This document shows positions 37,588 through 46,464 of a DNA stretch of 64,000 nucleotides, piece by piece (positions within the stretch are counted from its first letter, which is position 1; each line of letters begins with the position of its first letter). Position numbers and translations under genes: made by a program. The stretch comes from a virus. The stretch covers positions 6,857-70,856 of IMG/VR virus record IMGVR_UViG_3300025120_010288. One strand, written 5' to 3'. A model generated the notes under the pieces. That model ran no database searches and was not told the DNA's origin. It was given only the letters and a program-made list of their open reading frames with translations.

Positions 37588-37872
37588 GTGGAAAACATTT
37601 TTGTAAAAGCAGCTTTTGATATTCATTGTCGTCCTTTGAAAGGAACAGTACCCGTTTACCGAATATATGTTGACGGTGAATTGTTTACTGAACGTAAATG
37701 GGTGTGGAATAAAAACGAATACCTTACACAAATATTACAAATTGAAGCACCCCCAGGGGAATACGAAATAGAATTTGAGAGCTGGGATACTGAATTAAGC
37801 ACTTACAATTACAAAATACTTGTAGGTGACAATACTAGTTGGATAGATAAAGACAGGTTGTTAATTGGATGA
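37588..37872 (+). CDS. hypothetical late protein
   Basis: TAAATA 5 nt upstream of GTG; YRIYVDGELFTER. Confidence 0.7.
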   Translation: MENIFVKAAFDIHCRPLKGTVPVYRIYVDGELFTERKWVWNKNEYLTQILQIEAPPGEYEIEFESWDTELSTYNYKILVGDNTSWIDKDRLLIG

Positions 37873-38036
37873 GAGCAATTGAATTTATAAAAGAAGAAGC
37901 AACAACTAGTTCTAATGTTGCTGTAGTAAGCCAAAATATGAATGGTGTTATAACTCGCAACAACGAGCCCGATAAGCATAAATACCTATATACAATTAAT
38001 AAGAAAAGGTACCAAAATGCTAGCCCAAAATCTTAA
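37869..38036 (+). CDS. small protein with MRAIEFIKEE tag (55 aa, not in ORF track)
   Basis: ATGA-coupled; N-terminus matches neighbouring tags. Confidence 0.65.
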   Translation: MRAIEFIKEEATTSSNVAVVSQNMNGVITRNNEPDKHKYLYTINKKRYQNASPKS

Positions 38037-38460
38037 AGTTTTATTAGCCAGTAGTTATGCATTCGGATTGAAAGCACAAAACTTTCATTGGAATGTAGAA
38101 GGACTAAACTTCTCGGAATATCATTTATTCTTTGAGAACTTATATAATGAAGTAAACAACAACACTATCGATAGATGTGCTGAATTTGTGCGTGTGTTAG
38201 ACGAATATAGCCCTGGTAGTTTTAGCCGATTTCAAGAACTTAGTTTAATTGAAGATCAAACTAAGATTCCACGTGCAATGTTAATGTTTGAAGAACTTGA
38301 TAGAGATAACACTATTATACTAGAACATTTGCGTCCCACCTTTGAATCAGCACAAGAAGAAAAACACGAAGGCATTGCAAATTTTATTGCTGAGAGAGAA
38401 GATGCTCATGGCAAACACGGTTGGATGCTTAAAAGTTTTTTAAAAGGAAATAGAGTATGA
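38017..38460 (+). CDS. dps: Dps/ferritin-like DNA protection protein
   Basis: NFHWNVEG.NF..YH.FFE, D..AE, K..WML. Confidence 0.92.
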   Translation: MLAQNLKVLLASSYAFGLKAQNFHWNVEGLNFSEYHLFFENLYNEVNNNTIDRCAEFVRVLDEYSPGSFSRFQELSLIEDQTKIPRAMLMFEELDRDNTIILEHLRPTFESAQEEKHEGIANFIAEREDAHGKHGWMLKSFLKGNRV

Positions 38461-39242
38461 CAAGCACTAGTATGACAGACATACTTGCAGGCTTTAACAA
38501 AGCAGCTAGTGGTAAAAATGTTAGCAGATCGAGCAAGGGTGACCCAAATGATATGTTTGCAATCCTTCAAAGGTTAGACGAAACCAAAGAAGGACCTGGT
38601 ACACCAACATTAGGAGCTAAAGCTAAGATACCTAATATTTCTCCAGTATTAGGAACTAACAAACCTATCAAACATCCTCTTGATGGGTACTTAGTAGGAG
38701 AAGATGTTGAAGATTTACGTGAACTAGGTGACCGGGCTGAACGAGATCATGAAGTACAAATGGCAAGATCAGACTTGTATAAAATTGCAAAGTATGCCAT
38801 GAAACTTCATTCCATGTTAAAAAATGTAAGTGAAGAAGAAGGCATCGAAGGCTGGAAACAAAGTAAAATTACTAAAGCAGCTGATTATATTGGTAGTGTA
38901 TATCACTCACTTGACTACGAAACAAATGTTGAAGATGAAGTTGTAATACAAACCGAAGATATACTTAGTCAACTACAAGCAGAAATTGGTGATGTACTAT
39001 CTGATGTAAGCGATAGTTTGGATGACAAAGACATACAAGATATGATGCCTGACAAAGGTGATACACTTGGAACAATAGTAAAAACAATTACTACAGATGA
39101 CGGACGTGATATTAAAATTACTGGTAACGAAGATGATGGTTTTCGGGTAGTAATTAAAGATAAAACAAGTGAAAGTAGTTTTGCAAACTTAGAAGAAGCA
39201 TCAATGGCTGTTGAGATGTACTGTGCAAGGAATGCAAAATGA
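38457..39242 (+). CDS. modular late hypothetical protein
   Basis: DHEVQMARSDLYK...W.QSKITKAADY module flanked by acidic linkers. Confidence 0.75.
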   Translation: MTSTSMTDILAGFNKAASGKNVSRSSKGDPNDMFAILQRLDETKEGPGTPTLGAKAKIPNISPVLGTNKPIKHPLDGYLVGEDVEDLRELGDRAERDHEVQMARSDLYKIAKYAMKLHSMLKNVSEEEGIEGWKQSKITKAADYIGSVYHSLDYETNVEDEVVIQTEDILSQLQAEIGDVLSDVSDSLDDKDIQDMMPDKGDTLGTIVKTITTDDGRDIKITGNEDDGFRVVIKDKTSESSFANLEEASMAVEMYCARNAK

Positions 39243-40291
39243 TTATAAGACAACTCTTTGAATCACAAATACCAAACATTGCTGATCGAGAGTTTACAGT
39301 TGACAACCATACCTATTATACAGATATTGATGATGATGGGGATGTTAGAAAACTTTGGCATTATTTAGAATTGCCAAATGGGGATGTAGTTGAACCAGAT
39401 TTTACTCCATACGAACGCATGGATGTAGACACAGTTAGAGCCTTTATAGAACAAGGGTATCCCAAGAGAAAAGGACCAGGACCATTGCGTAAATCAGATT
39501 TTATAACAAGCGAAAGCCGCGAAACAACTAAAACACAATTGGTAGCTGCTGATATTGGTCGTATACTAATGGACAAAGGGGCAAAGACAAACGACATGAA
39601 ACTGTCGGTACTGTTAAGCCGTTTAGGCGATGAGCTAACTAGATTTGGCGAGCCTTTTGCTGCTAAAAATACTACAGATCTTGCTAAAGCTGTTGGAATA
39701 AATGTTGCACAAATCAACAAACTTATCAAATATGGACAGGCAATACTCAACAGAGATGGGCCAATTGATCCTAGAACGCTAGGTGGGAAAAGTGATCTCG
39801 ACGAGGCATGGGCTGGAGATGCAGATATTAAAAGCACAGGTAAATGGGCTGGTAAAACTATTGCCGAGCTTCAGAAACGCCGTAATGCATTAAAGAAAAA
39901 AGAAAAAAGAACATCAGCCGAAAGCACCGAGTTACGACAAATTAATTTTGCTATACGTAGCAAAAAAGACTGGAAAGGTAAAGTAGCTGAAGAAATGTCA
40001 ACTACACCACACGATGATGTTGAAGTAAAAAATCCAAAAACTGGAATGACTCAAACAGTTTCTAAAGATAAAGCCAAGCAATTGATACGCAAAGGTTATC
40101 AAGTTGTAGGTGTCCATCACAATGAATCAATTACAGAAGCACAGTTTAACGAAGCAGCAGGCGAAAAAGATGCTTGCTATCACAAAGTTAAAAGTCGTTA
40201 CAAAGTATGGCCTAGTGCATATGCTAGTGGCGCACTAGTTAAATGCCGCAAAGTTGGTGCTGCTAACTGGGGCAACAAAGGTAAAAAATAA
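39239..40291 (+). CDS. modular late protein (putative head internal polyprotein)
   Basis: MIIRQLFE tag; ends with KDACYHKVKSRYKVWPSAYASGALVKCRK module. Confidence 0.75.
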   Translation: MIIRQLFESQIPNIADREFTVDNHTYYTDIDDDGDVRKLWHYLELPNGDVVEPDFTPYERMDVDTVRAFIEQGYPKRKGPGPLRKSDFITSESRETTKTQLVAADIGRILMDKGAKTNDMKLSVLLSRLGDELTRFGEPFAAKNTTDLAKAVGINVAQINKLIKYGQAILNRDGPIDPRTLGGKSDLDEAWAGDADIKSTGKWAGKTIAELQKRRNALKKKEKRTSAESTELRQINFAIRSKKDWKGKVAEEMSTTPHDDVEVKNPKTGMTQTVSKDKAKQLIRKGYQVVGVHHNESITEAQFNEAAGEKDACYHKVKSRYKVWPSAYASGALVKCRKVGAANWGNKGKK

Positions 40292-41412
40292 TGATTATAC
40301 AGGATTTCATCACAGAGAAGTGTTGGAAAGGCTACAAAAAGAAGGGCATGAAAACCATGTTCGGAAAACGTGTGCCTAACTGTATTAAGAACGAAGATGT
40401 TGGCGGCGAGTATAGTGCATGGGATCATGAATACCCTGTAGAATATGCAGAATTTTTAGGTAAAACATTTGGTCCACCAGACGAACTGACTAAAGAACAA
40501 GCAGTTTGGCATGACAAAGACGGATTCAAAAGAATTGTTGTAAGAGATGAATATATCTTACATGGATCACCAGCACCACACTATGACTTTGTATACTGTT
40601 ATGTTGACTTAGAAGTGCCAGAAGAACTAAGTGATGAACTAGCAAAATGTAGTGGTAGTATACTAATTGATCATCTGAAGAATGAAGTAGGCGCACGTTG
40701 TGGTAGTCTTACTGCAAATGCAACTACACTAAACTTTGTAATGGATGTAGTAGCAGGTAGAGTAGAACCAACAAAAGAAGAATACGAAGCTCGTATACTT
40801 GGTATGAAGAAACAATTTGAAGACGGCGAACGCTATGAATTAGATTGGTGGCCAGATGAATCAAGTGACGCAGATCCAGATAATCCTTACTATGCAGAAG
40901 GCATCAAAGAAGATCTTAAAGCCTGGTTTGGTAAAGGCAAAAAAGGCGGTGCTGGCGGAGGTGGATGGGATCGTTACAATACTAAAGGCGAACGTATTGG
41001 AAAATGCGGAGATGCCAGTAAAGGCGAAGGCAAACCTAAATGTTTAAGCAAAAGCAGAGCTGCAAGTCTACGATCCAAAGGTGGTAAGAAAGCTATTGGT
41101 GCTGCAGTTAGTAAAAAGCGTAGAAACGATCCAAATAAAAATCGCAAGGGCAAAGCTAAAAACGTAAGCAACACAGTAAAAGAATCTAAAGTAAGTGTAT
41201 TGGATGCAATCAATCGTATTGTCGACAATCAACAGGCTGAAAACGTAAAGTTGTCTGATGGTCGGGTATTAATTGATTTGTTCACAGCTAGTGCAATACA
41301 GCAAGTATACAATGCTGTAAATGACACAAATAAAGAAAAAATATCTCAAAAAATAAACACCAGCAGTGGTCTAAATCAAATAGCAAGTTTTGCATTTAAA
41401 CAACTTACATAA
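40291..41412 (+). CDS. modular late protein (putative head internal polyprotein)
   Basis: MIIQDFITE tag; CWKGY..VPNC module, acidic domain, DLKAWFG basic module, DLFTASAI module. Confidence 0.75.
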   Translation: MIIQDFITEKCWKGYKKKGMKTMFGKRVPNCIKNEDVGGEYSAWDHEYPVEYAEFLGKTFGPPDELTKEQAVWHDKDGFKRIVVRDEYILHGSPAPHYDFVYCYVDLEVPEELSDELAKCSGSILIDHLKNEVGARCGSLTANATTLNFVMDVVAGRVEPTKEEYEARILGMKKQFEDGERYELDWWPDESSDADPDNPYYAEGIKEDLKAWFGKGKKGGAGGGGWDRYNTKGERIGKCGDASKGEGKPKCLSKSRAASLRSKGGKKAIGAAVSKKRRNDPNKNRKGKAKNVSNTVKESKVSVLDAINRIVDNQQAENVKLSDGRVLIDLFTASAIQQVYNAVNDTNKEKISQKINTSSGLNQIASFAFKQLT

Positions 41413-41415
41413 GAC

Positions 41416-41444
41416 TTGACTTAGCATGTTTGTTGTGTTATAAT
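41416..41444 (+). promoter_or_regulatory. sigma70-type promoter
   Basis: TTGACT-17-TATAAT, 6 nt before ATG 41451. Confidence 0.8.
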
Positions 41445-41450
41445 AGTATT

Positions 41451-42149
41451 ATGAATTATATATTTGATATTGACGGAACACTAACACCAAGTCGAGGTAT
41501 TATTGACATACATTTTAAAATGTTTTTTAATACATTTTGCTTAGATAATGATGTTTATCTAGTTACTGGCAGTGACCGTGCTAAAACCATCGAGCAACTA
41601 GGTGAAGACACTTATATTCTATGCAAGCGTGTTTACCAATGTTCAGGCAGTGATGTTTGGGACGGTGACACAAATATACTTAAAAGCGAATGGAAAGTAC
41701 CAGAGCATGTACGTTCATGGCTAGAGGATAAACTTGAAGAAAGTAATTTTAGTATACGCACAGGTAATCACATCGAAGAAAGACCAGGTATGATTAACTT
41801 TAGTATTGTGGGACGTAATGCAAATGCAAAGCAACGTGCGGCTTATGTAGAATCTGAAAAATTTATTAGCGAACGTAGTATAATTGCTGATTTGTTTAAT
41901 CGAGAATTTCCAGAATTATTAGCTCGAGTTGGCGGGGACACAGGAATTGATATTGGTCCTGTTGGCGCAGATAAAAGCCAAATATTACGAGACTTTGATG
42001 ATTCAAGCATTATAAATTTCTACGGTGATGCTATGGGCTTATCTGGTAACGATTTTCCACTTAAAGTGGCATTACTAGAAAGAGGCAACAGTTATAGTCA
42101 TACTGTAGTTGATTGGAAACACACTTGGGAGTTGCTAAAAAGTCTATGA
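41451..42149 (+). CDS. HAD-IIB phosphomannomutase-like enzyme
   Basis: FDIDGTLTPSR, VTGSD, IEERPGMINFSIVGRNA, GD....GND. Confidence 0.88.
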   Translation: MNYIFDIDGTLTPSRGIIDIHFKMFFNTFCLDNDVYLVTGSDRAKTIEQLGEDTYILCKRVYQCSGSDVWDGDTNILKSEWKVPEHVRSWLEDKLEESNFSIRTGNHIEERPGMINFSIVGRNANAKQRAAYVESEKFISERSIIADLFNREFPELLARVGGDTGIDIGPVGADKSQILRDFDDSSIINFYGDAMGLSGNDFPLKVALLERGNSYSHTVVDWKHTWELLKSL

Positions 42150-43246
42150 GTGATTGGTTGTGTCCTGATTTAGCTCATTCATTATTTGTTGAACGAAATC
42201 CACAAGGCAATCCTCAAATTGCTTTTTGTTGTAATGCCATGAGTCAACCTGCTGAAACTGTTGATCAAAACGATCCAGTATTAGCTCGTGAACGTAATAT
42301 TAGTATTACACAAGGAATACTCCCTCCATCATGTATACGTTGCAGTAGAAGTGAAGAGCTTGGTGCACCTAGTAGGCGTACTGCAATTATTGAACATTAC
42401 CGCAGTAATGATATACATTTAGGTCCTGATATACAACTACACAATTTAGATTTTAATTGTCAAACTGTGTGCAATTTAAAATGTATAATGTGCAATGGAG
42501 ACTACAGTAGTAGTTGGCATGATGACGAAGTTAAGTTAGGTATAACCAACCAACGTAGCACTCCTAAAAATAGAAATCTTGCACAAGAAATATCAGCAAA
42601 AGATTTGCGACGAGTTCATTTCAATGGCGGTGAGCCATTTATGAGTAATGATCATATTCATTTACTACAAAAAATAATCAAAGAAGGCAATCCTGAGAAG
42701 TGCCAACTAAGTTACAACACAAACGGCACATATATTCCCACAAACAATGTACTGAAACTCTGGCAACAATTTCAATTAGTAAAAGTTTATTTTAGTATAG
42801 ACGCAATTAATGAACAATTTGAATACATTAGATTTCCAGCAAAATGGAATGATGTAACCCAAAACATTCAATGGTGGAAACAATTAAATGATCCTTGTGT
42901 TATACTAGAGTTTAATGTAAGTGTAGGTGTACAAAACATACTTTATTTGCCACAATTAATCGATTGGATTGAAAATACGGTAACTGCTAATGCACAAGGA
43001 GACCCAGTTAATACCAGCGTTCAGTTAGTAACACACCCAAGTTTAGGATTGGAAAATTTACCTGTAAAAAATCGTAAATTAGCTATTGACATATTGAAAA
43101 ATTTATCGTATTATAACTGGAGTAATGGCTTATTGGCTCATTTAGAAAACAATGCAACACCCAATACTGAATGGAAAAATTGGTTATCTAAATTGGATCA
43201 TATCCGCCAAAACAACTGGCAAACTAGTTTGTCTTTATTAATTTAA
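42146..43246 (+). CDS. radical SAM protein with N-terminal SPASM/twitch-like Cys cluster
   Basis: CNLKCIMC, GGEP, TNG, SID; upstream CP..CC..C..C. Confidence 0.88.
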   Translation: MSDWLCPDLAHSLFVERNPQGNPQIAFCCNAMSQPAETVDQNDPVLARERNISITQGILPPSCIRCSRSEELGAPSRRTAIIEHYRSNDIHLGPDIQLHNLDFNCQTVCNLKCIMCNGDYSSSWHDDEVKLGITNQRSTPKNRNLAQEISAKDLRRVHFNGGEPFMSNDHIHLLQKIIKEGNPEKCQLSYNTNGTYIPTNNVLKLWQQFQLVKVYFSIDAINEQFEYIRFPAKWNDVTQNIQWWKQLNDPCVILEFNVSVGVQNILYLPQLIDWIENTVTANAQGDPVNTSVQLVTHPSLGLENLPVKNRKLAIDILKNLSYYNWSNGLLAHLENNATPNTEWKNWLSKLDHIRQNNWQTSLSLLI

Positions 43247-43260
43247 TCAGGCACAATGTT

Positions 43261-43431
43261 ATGAATGAAATACGTGTAGTAAGATTTTTAAAAGACTTGT
43301 TAAATCCTGAAATGTACGGACATGCTGTTAGTGCAGAAGTTCGGGACAGGGCAAGAATGCTACTGGATATGAAACCAGTAGAAACAACAACCGCAATTAT
43401 TAATGCTGACAAAATAAGGAGCAGTAAATGA
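43261..43431 (+). CDS. small hypothetical protein (56 aa, not in ORF track)
   Basis: MNEIRVVRFLKDLLNPEMYGHAVSAEVR...; ATGA-coupled to the next gene. Confidence 0.65.
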   Translation: MNEIRVVRFLKDLLNPEMYGHAVSAEVRDRARMLLDMKPVETTTAIINADKIRSSK

Positions 43432-43682
43432 CTACTTTTAATCAAGAGCAAAAAATTAAACTAGGACAAATTATCAACGAAGGTATTACTGTAATGCACG
43501 AAGTTGAAGCACTTAACAGTGGACTTAGTGATACAATAAAAGCTATTGCCGAAGAAATAGATATTAAACCTAGTGTGTTAAAAAAAGCAATTCGTATTGC
43601 ATATAAAAGTGGGTTTACACAGGAACAAGAAGACCACGACACGTTAGAAACTATACTAACCACGGTGGGTAAAACACTCTGA
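43428..43682 (+). CDS. T4 DsbA-like dsDNA-binding protein
   Basis: Small helical protein, D.IKAIAEE.DIKPS.LKKAIRIAYK; next to DNA polymerase. Confidence 0.7.
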   Translation: MTTFNQEQKIKLGQIINEGITVMHEVEALNSGLSDTIKAIAEEIDIKPSVLKKAIRIAYKSGFTQEQEDHDTLETILTTVGKTL

Positions 43683-43793
43683 ACACTGACATAAAAGTTT
43701 TAGGCATCAAGGATTTAGCTAATTAAAGTAGAGAGTCGCTCACTAACGAGTATGAAACACGGTAAGTTGGCCATAAACAACACAGGAGAGTAA

Positions 43794-46463
43794 ATGAGTT
43801 ATGTAGATGCATTATATGATCGAAACAAAGATCGTATTCATATTGTAGAACGCAAAAGCAATGGCGAGAGAGTGTATCAAGACTTTCCTGCACAGTATGT
43901 GATGTACTATCCGGATCCCAAGGGCAAACATCGCACAATTTTTGGCGATCCAGTAAGTAGATTTGCTACCAAACAAGGCAAAGAGTTTCATAAAGAACTA
44001 AAAATGCATCATGGAGAAACACTGTATGAAAGTGATATTAATCCAGTGTTTAGATGTTTAGCCGATAATTATCAAGGACAAGATGCTCCTAAACTGAACG
44101 TTTGCTTTTTTGATATTGAGACTGACTTTGATGCTAAAAAAGGATTTAGTCCTCCGGCTGATCCTTTTAATCCAATTACAGCTATTACATTGTATTGTAA
44201 TTGGATTGACAAACTAATAACATTAGCTATTCCACCAAAAAATATGAGCGAGCAAAGTGCATACGATAGTGTTGCAGGATTTGATAATACGTATTTGTTT
44301 ATGGGGCCTGATGCTGAAGCTGACTTATTAAAAGCATTTTTAGATTTAATTGATGATGCTGATGTACTTACAGGATGGAACAGCGAAGGTTATGATATTC
44401 CGTATACTGTAAATAGATGTATACGAGTATTAAGCAAGGATGATACTAGACGTTTTTGTTTATGGGATCAGTTGCCTAAACAACGCACATTTGAGCGGTT
44501 TGGTGCAGAAAATATTACATTTGACTTAATTGGTCGAGTACACATGGACTATATGCAATTGTATCGCAAGTACACGTATGAAGAACGACATAGTTACAGT
44601 CTAGATGCAATTGGTGATTATGAAAACCTTGGCAGTAAAACAGTGTACGAAGGTACACTAGATTCATTGTACAACAATGACTTTCGTAAGTTTATAGAAT
44701 ATAACAGACAAGACGTTGTGCTTCTTAAAGACATTGATAACAAGTTAAAGTTTTTAGATCTAGCAAACACACTAGCACATGAAAACACAGTGCTGTTGCC
44801 CACAACAATGGGGGCTGTTGCAGTTACTGAACAAGCTATTATCAACGAAGCACACGAGCAGGGACTAGTTGTACCAAGCCGCAAAAACAGAGATGGAATG
44901 GGAGATACACAAGCTGCAGGCGCCTATGTTGCGTATCCCAAAAAAGGTATACATGAATGGGTTGGTAGTATTGACATTAATAGTCTATACCCCAGTGCAA
45001 TTCGTGCATGTAATATGGGGCCTGAGTCTATAATTGGACAATTAAGACCTATAATGACCGACAGCTATATACAAGACAAACAAAATGCAGGCAATAGTTT
45101 TGCAGCAAGTTGGGAAGGCTTGTTTGGTAGCTTAGAATACACCGAGGTAATGAAACAATCCAAAGATGTTGATATAACTGTGGACTGGGAAAATGAAACT
45201 AGCGAAACATTTAGTGCCGCACAAATTTGGAAAATGATTTTCGATAGCAATCGTCCTTGGATACTAAGTGCAAATGGTACAATCTTTACACATGATAAAA
45301 AAGCAATTATACCTGGCTTGTTAGAGCGTTGGTATGCTGAACGTAAAGTTATGCAAAAGAAGTTACGTGAATGCAACGAAAGTGAAAAAGAATACTGGGA
45401 TAAGCGACAGTTGGTTAAGAAGATTAACTTGAACAGTTTGTATGGTGCTATTCTTAATCCTGGTTGTAGATTCTTTGATAAGCGTATTGGACAGTCAACT
45501 ACACTAACAGGTAGAGCTATTGCCCACCATATGGATGCATTTACAAATGAATGTATTACAGGCAAATACGATCACACAGGCGATGCTGTTATATATGGCG
45601 ATACAGACAGTGTTTATTTTAGTGCATACCCTGTTCTCAAAGAAGAAATTGATGCTGATAAAATGGAATGGAACAAAGAAATTTGTGCTCAACTGTATGA
45701 TACTATTAGTGATGAACTAAATGTAAGTTTTCCTGCATTTATGGAACAAGCATTCCATTGTCCACGGGCAAATGGTGAGATAATCAAAGGTGGTCGAGAG
45801 ATTGTTGCTACAAAAGGATTATATATTACAAAAAAACGCTATGCAGTAATGGTGTATGATCTTGAGGGTAAACGTATGGATGTTGATGGCAAACCAGGCA
45901 AGGTAAAAGCTATGGGGCTTGATCTCAAACGTAGTGACACTCCTAAGGTTATACAAGACTTTTTAAGCGAAGTACTAACGCACACACTTATTGGTGGATC
46001 TAAACCTGAAATAATTGATCGTATACGAGAGTTTAAATTAGAGTTTACTCAACGTCCTGGTTGGGAGAAAGGTTCACCAAAACGTGTTAACAATCTAACT
46101 AAGTACCAAAAGCTACAAGAAAAAAATGGCAAAACAAACATGCCTGGTCATGTAAGAGCAGCATTGAATTGGAACACACTGCGTCGAATGAACAGTGATG
46201 CATACAGTACTGAAATGACAGATGGTATGAAGATTATTGTGTGTAAATTAAAACAAAATCCATTGGGATACACTAGTATTGCATATCCTATTGATCAGTT
46301 GCGTTTGCCACAATGGTTCCAAGATCTTCCTTTTGATCACGCAGCTATGGAAAGTACTGTCATTGATGGAAAGATACAGAATTTATTAGGAGTTCTTAAT
46401 TGGGACCTAAATACACAGACTAATACAGAAAACACTTTCCAGTCTTTATTTGAGTTTGAATGA
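43794..46463 (+). CDS. family B DNA polymerase (gp43-like)
   Basis: FDIET, GWNS.GYD, YN.QD exonuclease motifs; DINSLYPS, K.NLNSLYG, YGDTDS, KKRY. Confidence 0.97.
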   Translation: MSYVDALYDRNKDRIHIVERKSNGERVYQDFPAQYVMYYPDPKGKHRTIFGDPVSRFATKQGKEFHKELKMHHGETLYESDINPVFRCLADNYQGQDAPKLNVCFFDIETDFDAKKGFSPPADPFNPITAITLYCNWIDKLITLAIPPKNMSEQSAYDSVAGFDNTYLFMGPDAEADLLKAFLDLIDDADVLTGWNSEGYDIPYTVNRCIRVLSKDDTRRFCLWDQLPKQRTFERFGAENITFDLIGRVHMDYMQLYRKYTYEERHSYSLDAIGDYENLGSKTVYEGTLDSLYNNDFRKFIEYNRQDVVLLKDIDNKLKFLDLANTLAHENTVLLPTTMGAVAVTEQAIINEAHEQGLVVPSRKNRDGMGDTQAAGAYVAYPKKGIHEWVGSIDINSLYPSAIRACNMGPESIIGQLRPIMTDSYIQDKQNAGNSFAASWEGLFGSLEYTEVMKQSKDVDITVDWENETSETFSAAQIWKMIFDSNRPWILSANGTIFTHDKKAIIPGLLERWYAERKVMQKKLRECNESEKEYWDKRQLVKKINLNSLYGAILNPGCRFFDKRIGQSTTLTGRAIAHHMDAFTNECITGKYDHTGDAVIYGDTDSVYFSAYPVLKEEIDADKMEWNKEICAQLYDTISDELNVSFPAFMEQAFHCPRANGEIIKGGREIVATKGLYITKKRYAVMVYDLEGKRMDVDGKPGKVKAMGLDLKRSDTPKVIQDFLSEVLTHTLIGGSKPEIIDRIREFKLEFTQRPGWEKGSPKRVNNLTKYQKLQEKNGKTNMPGHVRAALNWNTLRRMNSDAYSTEMTDGMKIIVCKLKQNPLGYTSIAYPIDQLRLPQWFQDLPFDHAAMESTVIDGKIQNLLGVLNWDLNTQTNTENTFQSLFEFE

Positions 46464-46464
46464 T

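Noticed and set aside
43731-43796. preQ1 riboswitch, tempting given the que genes
   Set aside because: It lacks the preQ1-I loop consensus and lies before polB; it is kept only as a generic structured leader.
43794-46463. Intein or intron in the DNA polymerase
   Set aside because: The ORF is a continuous 889 aa of ordinary size, with no C...HN splice motifs or homing endonuclease.
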